IMG/VR virus record: IMGVR_UViG_3300037042_003348
Coordinates: 3,965 to 67,964 of that record
Reading direction: 5' to 3' (one strand)
DNA: 64,000 bases
Origin: a virus
A program made the translations under genes and the position numbers. Positions 45,616-54,754 of this stretch are shown here, one piece after another. The notes under the pieces are model-generated. The model saw only the letters and a program-made list of their open reading frames with translations. It ran no database searches and was not told the DNA's origin. The first letter of the stretch is position 1; every line of letters starts with the position of its first letter.

Positions 45616-46223
45616 TAACACGTCGCGGGCTCTTCGACACGCTGTCGGTAGCGAATAACCGAGCTGACTGACACGCCAAGAGCTTGTGCGATCTCCTTGT
45701 TGGTTAACCCCTTTTCTCGAAGCTTAGCTACTCGCTTAAGATCGACTCCTGGCTTGATCGCGCCGAGCTTCCTTCCTGTGTAAACACCACGTTCCTTCGC
45801 TGCTGCGACACCGGCTGCTTGACGCTCCTTGCGGTTAACTTGCTCGAGTTCTGCTACAGCGAAGAGGACTGACGCAATCATCTTCCCAATAGCACCATTA
45901 AAGTCGATCTGCTGGGAAACTGATACGACCCGAACGCCGTGTTCACACCAAGTGCATAGCGTCTGAACGCCATCCTTAATTGATCGAGAAATCCTATCCA
46001 TTTTGTAAACTACAATAGTTCCGATACCTCCTGCAAATACGTCTTTCTGGAGCTGCTCAAACTCTGGCCTGTCAAGGTTGTCTCCTGACTTACGATCGGA
46101 GTACCAAAGAACGTTAGCGGTGTTGAATCCATTTCCGATAAGCCACTTATTGATCTCTCGCCTTTGTCCTTGTTCGTTTTGTGAATCGGTACTGACGCGA
46201 ACGTAAACTGCTGTTAAAGTCAT
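45615..46223 (-). CDS. Small serine recombinase (resolvase/invertase) with C-terminal HTH
   Basis: 'YVRVSTDSQ..Q', 'SG..RP', 'VYKMDRISR', 'ERQAAG..A..G..GR'; AAAGGAG RBS. Confidence 0.92.
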   Translation of the reverse strand: MTLTAVYVRVSTDSQNEQGQRREINKWLIGNGFNTANVLWYSDRKSGDNLDRPEFEQLQKDVFAGGIGTIVVYKMDRISRSIKDGVQTLCTWCEHGVRVVSVSQQIDFNGAIGKMIASVLFAVAELEQVNRKERQAAGVAAAKERGVYTGRKLGAIKPGVDLKRVAKLREKGLTNKEIAQALGVSVSSVIRYRQRVEEPATC

Positions 46224-46239
46224 AGAAAATCTCCTTTGA

Positions 46240-46773
46240 TTAAACATGTTTCCAACTGTGACGATTGACGATTGACCAGATTCGGGTCATTGAAACAGAA
46301 AACTTCTTTGCGATGTTCACTGGTTTTTCTCCGGCTTCGTGTTGATTTCGAATTTCGATAATGTCAGCTTCTTTCAGTACTGACCTCCCATGTGTTTCTC
46401 CACGGCATCCCGTATCATGCAAAACCTTGTCGCTCTGGTTTTCAACAGCTGTGCCCCAACACAAATTGTCAAGATTATTATTTGAGCGGCAACCATCTAA
46501 ATGGCGACACTGATGACTGTTAGGCTTTGGTCCAACGTAAGTCTCAAGTACTAAGGAGTGGATGTAGGCTTGTCTTAACCCATTGTCGTTTTTGATTTTT
46601 ACGCACAAGTATCCTCTTTTGTTCAAAGGCGATACTGGTTTAGCTTTGCTCCAAGGTCTTGGCCCATGCTTTCCACGCACTGAAAGAACAGCTCCATTTT
46701 TGCTGATTGAGTAATCTGGAAAATTAGGAATTACTCGAAACCCGTCAGGTGGGTTAAAATCTACTTTAAGCAT
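46240..46773 (-). CDS. NUMOD4-HNH homing endonuclease
   Basis: 'IPNFPDYSISKNGAVLS', 'YIHSLVLETYVG..CRHLDG..NNNLDNLCWGT..N'; AAGGAG RBS. Confidence 0.88.
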   Translation of the reverse strand: MLKVDFNPPDGFRVIPNFPDYSISKNGAVLSVRGKHGPRPWSKAKPVSPLNKRGYLCVKIKNDNGLRQAYIHSLVLETYVGPKPNSHQCRHLDGCRSNNNLDNLCWGTAVENQSDKVLHDTGCRGETHGRSVLKEADIIEIRNQHEAGEKPVNIAKKFSVSMTRIWSIVNRHSWKHV

Positions 46774-46912
46774 CGTCTTGCTCCTTACGGCGAGATTGGT
46801 GTTCAAAAGCCTTCGTAGTTCACTACAACTGCGAGGGCTTTGTTTATTACATACTCGATTGTACCGCTAGCATCAATTAGAGTCAACAGCGGTCAATCCT
46901 AAATGACTAGTT

Positions 46913-46940
46913 TTGCGTAATTGGGTCAATCTGCTACACT
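46913..46940 (+). promoter_or_regulatory. Phage promoter family, copy 4
   Basis: TTGCGT-AATT-GGGTCAAT-CTGC-TACACT. Confidence 0.6.
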
Positions 46941-46969
46941 GATGTGATGTCATTCAAAAGGAAAGCAGC

Positions 46970-47269
46970 ATGAAAGCCATCAAAATCGAGCCAGGAACTA
47001 AGTATGGCGACCTCATGGTTGTCAAAGAGGTCGAGTCTGACGGCAAGCGCAAGTTCCTTTGCAAATGCCAGTGTGGGAACGTGGCTAGCGTTCGCTTAGA
47101 TCACCTTCGAAGTGGTCACACCTCCAGTTGTGGCGAGTGTGGCGTTGAACATGGTGGCAAGCGAATGACGATCGTTCAGTGGGCTGAGGCAAACGGGATC
47201 AAAGAATCGACTCTTCGGGCAAGACTCAAGAAAATGGACATGAGGGAGGCGTTGTTACGTCGTGGTTGA
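46970..47269 (+). CDS. Homing-endonuclease-derived DNA-binding protein lacking the nuclease core
   Basis: 'GTKYGDLMV..FLCKCQCGN..LRSGHTSSCG' joined directly to 'MTIVQWAE..GIKESTLRARL'. Confidence 0.65.
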   Translation: MKAIKIEPGTKYGDLMVVKEVESDGKRKFLCKCQCGNVASVRLDHLRSGHTSSCGECGVEHGGKRMTIVQWAEANGIKESTLRARLKKMDMREALLRRG

Positions 47270-47615
47270 GATTAAAGAGGGGTCAGAACTAGACCGCGTT
47301 ATTGCTGAATCGATAAGATTAGTAATCGCCCATCGGGTTCTTGGTTATAATAACATGGAGTTTTGGTCTGATCCGCGATCTCCAAGCGAGGTTCCAAGAA
47401 CATTCAAACCAAGTACGAATTTGAACAATGCTTTTTATGCTGCGGAAGTGATAGGAGTGTTCAATAACTACCGTATGCTCCGCAAAAACAGACTTCAATG
47501 GGAAGTCATTGAAATTGGTGAAAGCCTAGACCGTATCATCTCTTCTGGAGAGACTCCGGCGTTGGCGATATGTGCAGCTGTATTGGATATGGGTGAAGCA
47601 AATGTCCGAAAATAA
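47262..47615 (+). CDS. Phage ABA-sandwich-like protein
   Basis: 'ELDRVIAE..FKPSTNLNNAF..GETPALAICAAVL'. Confidence 0.6.
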   Translation: MVEIKEGSELDRVIAESIRLVIAHRVLGYNNMEFWSDPRSPSEVPRTFKPSTNLNNAFYAAEVIGVFNNYRMLRKNRLQWEVIEIGESLDRIISSGETPALAICAAVLDMGEANVRK

Positions 47616-47904
47616 AATGCTACCTTGCCCATTCTGTGGATCGGAAGCAGAGATGTGGGAAGGCGACATATTGTGTAAAAAGGAAGGTTGCTTTGTGTCG
47701 GCAGGAACTTCCTACTACTACGAAGAGGAAAAGGACTTGCTTGCGGCATGGAACAGGCGTCCTTTAGTCGACGCAATGTCAGTCGTAAAAGCCATGCAAT
47801 TAGAGCCACCTAACGTGCATTTTATGGATGGGAACTCACTGAGCGGCCATGAAGCTTGGGATGTGTGTTTACGAACGGTCTTACAAAGACTGCAATCCAC
47901 TTGA
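47602..47904 (+). CDS. Lar-family restriction alleviation protein
   Basis: 'LPCPFCGSEA..C..C..AAWNRR'. Confidence 0.75.
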   Translation: MSENKMLPCPFCGSEAEMWEGDILCKKEGCFVSAGTSYYYEEEKDLLAAWNRRPLVDAMSVVKAMQLEPPNVHFMDGNSLSGHEAWDVCLRTVLQRLQST

Positions 47905-47930
47905 CTCCGATAGCAAACATAGTGTATAGT
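47901..47930 (+). promoter_or_regulatory. Putative promoter of the packaging/structural operon
   Basis: TTGACT-18-TATAGT upstream of the terminase. Confidence 0.45.
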
Positions 47931-48021
47931 TTAAGAGCCTTTGTCGGGCAAATCTCCTGTGAGGTCACGCAGCGTCCTGCAAAAACGTTGCGTGACCTTT
48001 CTTCATTTACAAGGAGCTGAC

Positions 48022-49923
48022 ATGGAGTCGCCGTTCTACGACCTTGTCCCAAAAGACCTCATTGAGAACCTCGAGTGGCGAATTCGATGTCGAGAACGAG
48101 CGTTGGTCGACGAGCGATTCAAGACAGCTCTGGTCCAAGCTTGCGAGAGGGATGTTCTCTTCTTCTTTGCATTCGCTTTGTGGGTGCATGAGCCTCGCGC
48201 CAAAATCAAGATGCGTCCATTCATCCCTTGGGATCACCAAGAAAAAGTGATCGTGGCGATCGATGATGCGATCTCGGAAGCCATGGAGTTTGAGCAGCCG
48301 GTGTCGGTGACTATCAAGAAAAGCCGAGCACAAGGCGGGACGTACGTCTACCTTGGCGTGCAGATCAAGCGAGCGTTGTACGAGCAAGGATTCTCGTCAG
48401 GACTGGTCACGCGGAACGAGAAGATGATGGATTCCAAGGATCCGTCTGCTGTAATGAACAAGCTCTCAGCGATGCTCGACAAGCTTCCGGTTTGGATGTT
48501 GGATGGGTACGACCGAAACATCAGCGATCATACGATCAGGATCCCAGACACAGGGGCTGTGTGGATTGGGTTTGCTGCGACGGCCGACGTGGCGCGGGGT
48601 GGTAGAACAACGATGTTCGCGTTCGACGAAGTGGGTTCGGAAGAGTTCATCTCGGGTGGCATCGACTACAAAATTATGAGCTCGGTCGCCCACGTCACTA
48701 ACTGCGCCGTTCTCTGCTCGACCTTCGGTGCTGACTCTGGTGTGTTCTACGACTCCGCAATGGACCCAGACAACCACCGCGTCTACTCCCTCGACTGGAA
48801 ACACAACCCAGAGCACGCAAAGCTGTCTTACGTCAAGCAGGATGGCTTAGTGAAGGCGATCAAGCCAGCTGACCAAGCAGAAGTCGACAAGTACATTGCT
48901 TCCCATGAACGTGAGATGCGAGCCATTGAGCGACGTGGTCATAAAATCGAAGGCAAGGTCAGGTCACCCTGGTACGACTCGCATTGCCTCATTCCAGGGG
49001 CCACGCCGCGTTACATTGCCCGTGAACTTGACATGGATGCAAAGGGCTCAGCTGGCAAGGTCTTTTCGACTGAGCTGCTCGATCGCGTCAAGATTACCCA
49101 TGGCAAGAAACCAGTGTGGCGGGGGGTTCCTGTGTTTGACGAGGAGACCCTGGAGCTGAAAGGGCTCATTCCTCGTGGAGACGGTCCTCTGTCGCTCTGG
49201 TTTAAGCCAGGAATCGACAATAGCCCTCCGCTTGGTCCTTTCACGATCGCTTGCGACATCGCGTCAGGAGGAGTTAGCGAATACTCCTCCAACTCGGTCG
49301 CGTCAGGGATCGACAACCGCACGGGAGAGCAAGTGCTTGAATACGTGATCAAAGGTCTTGAGCCTCGTCCGTTTGCACGACGTGTCGTTGGCCTGAGCCT
49401 TTGGATGAGGAAGGCACTGCTTGGCTGGGAGGATTCGGGTGTTTCAGGTGGCTTTGCTAAAGAAGTCATGGAAGTGCTTTATTATGGCAATGTTTTTTTT
49501 CGGGACGTGTTGCAGCTAGGGTCTCAAAAGAAAAGTCGGAAGCCTGGGTTTCCTTGCCGAGACTCTGACAAGGCCGATATGTTTGAGATGTTTGCCCTGG
49601 CGATGGAGCAGGGAAAGTACACACCTCGATCGGAAGAAATGATCATCGAGTGCGGGGAATATGAATGGGACGGGGCTAAGATTGTCCATGCTCCGACTAA
49701 GAATAAAGGAGCTCCAGAGAAGAATCACGGTGACCGTGCAGTGGCAGCAGCTGGTGCGTGGCTCGTGTTTGATAACGAAAACGCTTCCGACAAAGTTGAC
49801 AGCAATGAAGAAAATGGTCAGAATGCTGAATACGGAAGCTTTTTGTGGCGAGAGCGACAGGAGCGGAAAAGCCTTAATTCAGGCAGTCCCAGGTACGGTA
49901 TTCGTGATGTCATGGGATATTAG
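48022..49923 (+). CDS. terL: Terminase large subunit
   Basis: Walker A variant 'KKSRAQGGT', 'ARGGR', Walker B 'FAFDE', coupling motif 'ST', nuclease 'IACDIASG', 'HGDRAVA'; AAGGAG RBS. Confidence 0.9.
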   Translation: MESPFYDLVPKDLIENLEWRIRCRERALVDERFKTALVQACERDVLFFFAFALWVHEPRAKIKMRPFIPWDHQEKVIVAIDDAISEAMEFEQPVSVTIKKSRAQGGTYVYLGVQIKRALYEQGFSSGLVTRNEKMMDSKDPSAVMNKLSAMLDKLPVWMLDGYDRNISDHTIRIPDTGAVWIGFAATADVARGGRTTMFAFDEVGSEEFISGGIDYKIMSSVAHVTNCAVLCSTFGADSGVFYDSAMDPDNHRVYSLDWKHNPEHAKLSYVKQDGLVKAIKPADQAEVDKYIASHEREMRAIERRGHKIEGKVRSPWYDSHCLIPGATPRYIARELDMDAKGSAGKVFSTELLDRVKITHGKKPVWRGVPVFDEETLELKGLIPRGDGPLSLWFKPGIDNSPPLGPFTIACDIASGGVSEYSSNSVASGIDNRTGEQVLEYVIKGLEPRPFARRVVGLSLWMRKALLGWEDSGVSGGFAKEVMEVLYYGNVFFRDVLQLGSQKKSRKPGFPCRDSDKADMFEMFALAMEQGKYTPRSEEMIIECGEYEWDGAKIVHAPTKNKGAPEKNHGDRAVAAAGAWLVFDNENASDKVDSNEENGQNAEYGSFLWRERQERKSLNSGSPRYGIRDVMGY

Positions 49924-49966
49924 GAACGCCTTTACGATTTAAGATAAATCAAAAGGATTGAGTTTT

Positions 49967-50299
49967 ATGCACGATGTCAGCTTGTTAGTCGAAAAACTCG
50001 AGATGGCTATTTGCAAAATAACAGATCAGGCAAAGTCAGAGCAGGTCGGCTTGAATGCTCTTCAGAAAGCCCAGGCTGTTCAGTGTTTGTCTCAGTCGAG
50101 ATTCAACAAGTGCGGAAAATCAGACAATCTTGAAATGCAAGGCAAGTTGGTTTCTGCGGTGATTAAGCTAACCGAAATGGCCGCAGCCGCTCCTGCCTCG
50201 CCGACTCAGCAGCAATTTAGCCAAGCAGCACAGTGCTTGTCTCACTCAGACATGACAATGTTTGACAACAAGCCGACTCCAGCAAAAAAATCCAACTGA
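49967..50299 (+). CDS. Hypothetical protein with tandem duplicated helical unit
   Basis: KL..A..K.T..A...AQAVQCLS / SQAAQCLS. Confidence 0.55.
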   Translation: MHDVSLLVEKLEMAICKITDQAKSEQVGLNALQKAQAVQCLSQSRFNKCGKSDNLEMQGKLVSAVIKLTEMAAAAPASPTQQQFSQAAQCLSHSDMTMFDNKPTPAKKSN

Positions 50300-50386
50300 C
50301 GCCGTGTCCGTTAGGTAAACATGGAAGACTGGAGATAAAACCCAGTCGGAAGTAAACCGGAAAACTCCGTACTACTCCGACTGTGG

Positions 50387-52177
50387 ATGATTGATCTAAA
50401 AGACGACGAAAAACGAGGTAGGTTTCTTAAGGCCATACGCTCTTCGCGAACCGCGATGGAGCCCTTTCGTCGGGTTCGCAAAGAACTTATCAAGGATTAC
50501 GTTGGATCCTGGTACGCCGAGTCTGGGGCTGAATCAAAAACTCTAGTCAACCTCATCAACCAAACCGCCCGTATCTACACGGTGTCTCTCGCGGCGAACA
50601 ACCCGCAGGTTTTGGTTTCGACTCCCAAAATGGACATGGAGCCATTTGCGAGACGCTTTGAGATCAACCTGAATAAACTCATTAGCGACATGGCGCTCGA
50701 CAAGACGTTTCGAGCGATCGTCATGGATGCGTTTTTCGGCATTGGCTGTGGCGTTGTCATGATGCGCGACACAGACACGCGGTTCCATGGATTGCTTGAG
50801 TCAGAAGAGGACGTATGGCTTGATCCAGGTGAGCCTTGGTTCAATCGCGTCTCGCTTGACGACCTAATATTGGATATGCCAGCTAAAGAGCTGACAAAAA
50901 TGCGGTATTGCGGTCATCGGTATCGCGCTGACTACGAAAAGGTCATGGATGAGCCTGGGTACAACAAAAAGGTCAAGGATAAGCTCCAGCCAACTGGCCG
51001 TCGCCACCAAGACTCCGTAGGTGCAGCTCGCGACATCGCGTCAGAGTGGGGAAGTGCCGAAGACGATGATCTTAAAGATATGATTTGGCTCATGGATGTG
51101 TGGGTCGCTGAAAACAACTCGATTGTTACCATGGCTTGCGACCAGCACGACCTGCCTCCATTGATTGAGCGAGAGTGGATCGGCTCTCAAGCAGGGCCGT
51201 ATAAGTTTCTTTCGTTCGGTGACACGCCTGACAATGTCATGCCGACATCGCCAGCTATCAATCTTAAGGGCATGCACGATCTTCAGAACCGTCTACATAG
51301 ACGCATGGAAGACGACTCTGATGCTCACCGCGTTGTGAACGTCTACCCGCCTGGGATGGAAGATCAAGCTGAGCGATTGAGGACTGCTGAGCGTAACGGA
51401 TGGTATCAAGCTCGCAGCCCAGAAATGATCAAGCAGTTTGAATCTGGTGGTGTTGATCAGCGAGACATGGCTCTTGCTACGTTCTTACAAGGTGAGTACG
51501 ACCGATTCGCTGGCAACTTGCAAGCGATGGGTGGCTTAGGGCAGCAAGCGACCACGCTAGGTCAAGAAGAACTAATTCACGGCAACGTCTCTAAGAATGT
51601 TGCCGATATGCGAATGTCTATGGTGTCTTTTGCTTCAGACACCATTTTGGATCTTGGGCGATTGATGTGGAATGATGTAAATCTTGAGCTGCAAACGTCA
51701 ATGCCGCTGGGCGATACAGGAATTACTGTCGGATCCAACTGGACTCCTGATAATCGCCAAGGGAAATTTGAAGACTACGAGTTCAAGGTCGAGCCATACT
51801 CAATGGTGTTCAAAACACCAGAGCAAAAGCTTCAAGAGCTGTTCCAGGTGTTGCGAGAGATTGCTCCGCTCTGGCCAATGTTCCAGGAGTCGGGAGCCTC
51901 GATCAATGCCGAAGCTATCGTCGATGAAATTGCTCGACTAAAAAATCGCCCTGAGTTCAAGCGTTTTATTACGTTTGCCAGTCCATCCATGGGGCTTAAT
52001 GGCGACGAGAACACAATCAGGTCGCCATCCACAACGACCAGAGAGACGATCCGCAAGAACGTGCCGTCTGGCGGTACGCCTGAAGCTCGTAACAACGCAC
52101 TTATTCAAACGTTGATGGGTGGAAGTCCGCAAGTAAATAGCCAGCAGTCCGAGATGTTGCAAAGGGGTCCAGCGTAA
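50387..52177 (+). CDS. Portal protein
   Basis: 596 aa after TerL; podovirus-like portal features ('TTLGQEE', helical C-terminus). Confidence 0.8.
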   Translation: MIDLKDDEKRGRFLKAIRSSRTAMEPFRRVRKELIKDYVGSWYAESGAESKTLVNLINQTARIYTVSLAANNPQVLVSTPKMDMEPFARRFEINLNKLISDMALDKTFRAIVMDAFFGIGCGVVMMRDTDTRFHGLLESEEDVWLDPGEPWFNRVSLDDLILDMPAKELTKMRYCGHRYRADYEKVMDEPGYNKKVKDKLQPTGRRHQDSVGAARDIASEWGSAEDDDLKDMIWLMDVWVAENNSIVTMACDQHDLPPLIEREWIGSQAGPYKFLSFGDTPDNVMPTSPAINLKGMHDLQNRLHRRMEDDSDAHRVVNVYPPGMEDQAERLRTAERNGWYQARSPEMIKQFESGGVDQRDMALATFLQGEYDRFAGNLQAMGGLGQQATTLGQEELIHGNVSKNVADMRMSMVSFASDTILDLGRLMWNDVNLELQTSMPLGDTGITVGSNWTPDNRQGKFEDYEFKVEPYSMVFKTPEQKLQELFQVLREIAPLWPMFQESGASINAEAIVDEIARLKNRPEFKRFITFASPSMGLNGDENTIRSPSTTTRETIRKNVPSGGTPEARNNALIQTLMGGSPQVNSQQSEMLQRGPA

Positions 52178-52497
52178 TGAGTGGTGTTTTACGAAAGTAC
52201 CGAGGCAAGGTTGTTACGCAAGAGGAGCTTGATGTCCTTGTGCCTAACAAACCCAACTGGCTTGAAAAGCCGCCTATGGCTTCAAACACATACACAGAGC
52301 ATGACCCTTTGGTTTCCGAGGGTTGCGGCGTCATGAAGTCGCAAGTCAAAGAAACTCGCGACCTAGTCAAGTATCACGGAATACAAGGAGCTGCTGTACT
52401 GGACAGCGGCCAAGTTCAATTCACAAGTCGTCGCGCAAGAAAAGACTTTCTTCGCATGCGAGGATTTGTAGACAACGATGGTTCGTACGGAGATTAG
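52177..52497 (+). CDS. Hypothetical protein
   Basis: TAATG coupling; 'FTSRRARKDFLRMRGFVD' motif seen in post-portal genes. Confidence 0.6.
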   Translation: MSGVLRKYRGKVVTQEELDVLVPNKPNWLEKPPMASNTYTEHDPLVSEGCGVMKSQVKETRDLVKYHGIQGAAVLDSGQVQFTSRRARKDFLRMRGFVDNDGSYGD

Positions 52498-52498
52498 T

Positions 52499-53479
52499 AT
52501 GCCTGAAACAATCGAATTAAACGAAGACATGACCAGCGAAGACATCAAGTCGTTTGCTGAGAGCATTGTTGAAGAAGTTCAGCAAGAGCGACAAGGTGAA
52601 AGCAAGTCAGACGCAGAGATTGTAACTGACGTTGCTTCAGTAGAAAAACCAAGTGCTGAGGAAAAGTCCAGCACAAAGACCGCTGAGGTTGAAGACCTTG
52701 GTGAGAAGACCGGCAGTAAATCGAAAGCCCCTAAGTGGCTTAGTGATGATGTGATTGCCGAGGCAACCGCGTATGGCATTGATGAGGAAGACTTGTCTGA
52801 TTTTGCCAGCCGCGAGGAGTTGGAAAAGGTATTTCGAATCTTTGACAAAAGGGCACTTGATGTCGGCCGCAAGGCAATGGCTGATGGTGACGAAGGGAAA
52901 GCTCGCAATGAGAAAGGCCGCTTTGTCAAGAGCGAAGATACTAAAGAGGATGACGAGCCGAGCGAGTCTCGAAAGAGAAGCGATCGGTACGAGATTACTT
53001 TGAGCAAAGATCTTTACGATGACGAGATTGTAGACGAGTTCGCAAGAATGCGTGACTACTACGAATCTCGGATGGAAAAGCTCGAGTCGCACTTCACTGT
53101 CTCCAGCGCAAAGTCAGAAGAAGAGCGTTTTGATAACTTTGTTGACTCTTTAGGTCATGCCGAACTGTTTGGCAAGACTGGCAAAGAGTCCGAAAAAGAG
53201 CTTCAGCGTCGTACAGACCTTCATGTGGCCGTTAAGGCACAAATGATTGGCTTGGAGCAGTTGGGTCGTCCTGTGGAGTTCAGCGATAAATTAGTGGACC
53301 GAGTGGCTCACATGTTGTTCGCTGAGGAACTTAGCAAAAAGCGTCTTAAACAACAAACTCAAAAGGTCTTTAAGCAGAACCAGCTTCGCCAAGGCGGAAG
53401 TCCTATCAAGCCACAGCCTGTTAGTGACAACCCCCGTGACGAATTTGACCGCCTGTACAAAGAGCTTGAGCGGTCTTAA
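52499..53479 (+). CDS. Scaffolding protein
   Basis: Acidic and helical; 'RNEKGRF' motif; directly upstream of MCP. Confidence 0.7.
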   Translation: MPETIELNEDMTSEDIKSFAESIVEEVQQERQGESKSDAEIVTDVASVEKPSAEEKSSTKTAEVEDLGEKTGSKSKAPKWLSDDVIAEATAYGIDEEDLSDFASREELEKVFRIFDKRALDVGRKAMADGDEGKARNEKGRFVKSEDTKEDDEPSESRKRSDRYEITLSKDLYDDEIVDEFARMRDYYESRMEKLESHFTVSSAKSEEERFDNFVDSLGHAELFGKTGKESEKELQRRTDLHVAVKAQMIGLEQLGRPVEFSDKLVDRVAHMLFAEELSKKRLKQQTQKVFKQNQLRQGGSPIKPQPVSDNPRDEFDRLYKELERS

Positions 53480-53494
53480 TAAAGGAAGAAGAAA

Positions 53495-54613
53495 ATGGCT
53501 TTAGGTATTGAGCAGATTGATGATTTCGTAAACAGTATTCAGCAAAAGTTTGCTGGTGAGGAAGCTCTTGCAGCGCAGGACTTGTCCTTGACGCTGCAAG
53601 ATTACAAGTACGCTTCGCGTCTATTCAGTGGAAATCTGAAGAAGGACACGATGAGTACGTCGCAGTGCAAGTGGAAGGTCAAGGTTGATACCAATGACAA
53701 CTTTCAAACGGTCGGACTGTACCATCGTGATTCCTCAACTCGCGTCAACACGCTGAGTGAAGGCGCTTTGAAGTGGGCGTTGACTACCAACAACTACCAC
53801 TACGACATCGACGAAGAGATCTTCCGAACAGGTGGACGCCAGATCTACGATTACATCGAAGGTTTGGAGCAAGACCTCATGACCTCGTTCTACACGGGCA
53901 TGGAAGATTTGGTGTTTGGCCCTGGCCCAACTGGACCTACCCAGTCGCCGTTCTCGGTTGCTTCGTTGCTGTGGTGGATCACCTCCACGAGCGACAGTGT
54001 CACCGAAAACAACGCTCTGGAAGGCTTTAACGGCTTCGAGCCTGTTGGTTGGGGAGCGAACGGTGTTGGGGGTATCTCTTGCACGACCTACCCACAATGG
54101 CGTAACCGAACCTTCCCTTACACCTCGGTGACACGAAGTGATTTTGTCGAGAAGACCATTGTGTCGATGGATCTTTGCTCGTTTACCCCTCCTGTTCAGC
54201 GACCTGACATCGTTGATCAGAAGAAGAACGACTGGGAGCTGCTCACTACACACAGTGTTCTCTCTGCTGGGCGACGCATGTTGCAACTGGGCAACGACAA
54301 CATTGGTGATGACATGGCCGCTCGAAGCGGCACGGTCTACCTCCGTGGTGTTCCGTTGACCTGGGTTCCAGCTTGGACTAACCAGTCGAGCGTCAATGCT
54401 CGTACGGACGGTATCGTCCTTGGCGTTAACTGGAACACTTTCAAGGCTTACTACGCAGCTGGTCGGCAAATGCGGAAACGAAAGGCATTCCAGCACCCAG
54501 AAATGAGTAACGTTCGCGTTCGCGCAATGGACGACTCGCTTCAAATGGTTTGCTTCAATCGCCGAGCCAACTTCCGTGGCTACTGCACCCAGACTGTAAC
54601 TGAGTCTGCATAA
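53495..54613 (+). CDS. Major capsid protein
   Basis: 372 aa after scaffold; 'GGISCTTYPQWRN' motif; strong codon bias; followed by a terminator. Confidence 0.82.
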   Translation: MALGIEQIDDFVNSIQQKFAGEEALAAQDLSLTLQDYKYASRLFSGNLKKDTMSTSQCKWKVKVDTNDNFQTVGLYHRDSSTRVNTLSEGALKWALTTNNYHYDIDEEIFRTGGRQIYDYIEGLEQDLMTSFYTGMEDLVFGPGPTGPTQSPFSVASLLWWITSTSDSVTENNALEGFNGFEPVGWGANGVGGISCTTYPQWRNRTFPYTSVTRSDFVEKTIVSMDLCSFTPPVQRPDIVDQKKNDWELLTTHSVLSAGRRMLQLGNDNIGDDMAARSGTVYLRGVPLTWVPAWTNQSSVNARTDGIVLGVNWNTFKAYYAAGRQMRKRKAFQHPEMSNVRVRAMDDSLQMVCFNRRANFRGYCTQTVTESA

Positions 54614-54653
54614 GCGAGCTGACCTAGAGTCAGTGGCTTTTTAGTAAACGTCT

Positions 54654-54690
54654 TTGGCTGGCAGACGTAAAATTCGCCAGCCAATTTTTT
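54654..54690 (+). terminator. Intrinsic terminator after MCP
   Basis: TTGGCTGGC..GCCAGCCAA + T6. Confidence 0.7.
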
Positions 54691-54754
54691 GTATGGGAAA
54701 ACGCCCACCCAAGGCTGGGATACTCCTAAAACTTCCTTGAAAGGAAACTGTAAG

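Noticed and set aside
48022-49923. Intein or intron in the terminase
   Set aside because: Normal length, motifs contiguous, no intein splice-junction motifs
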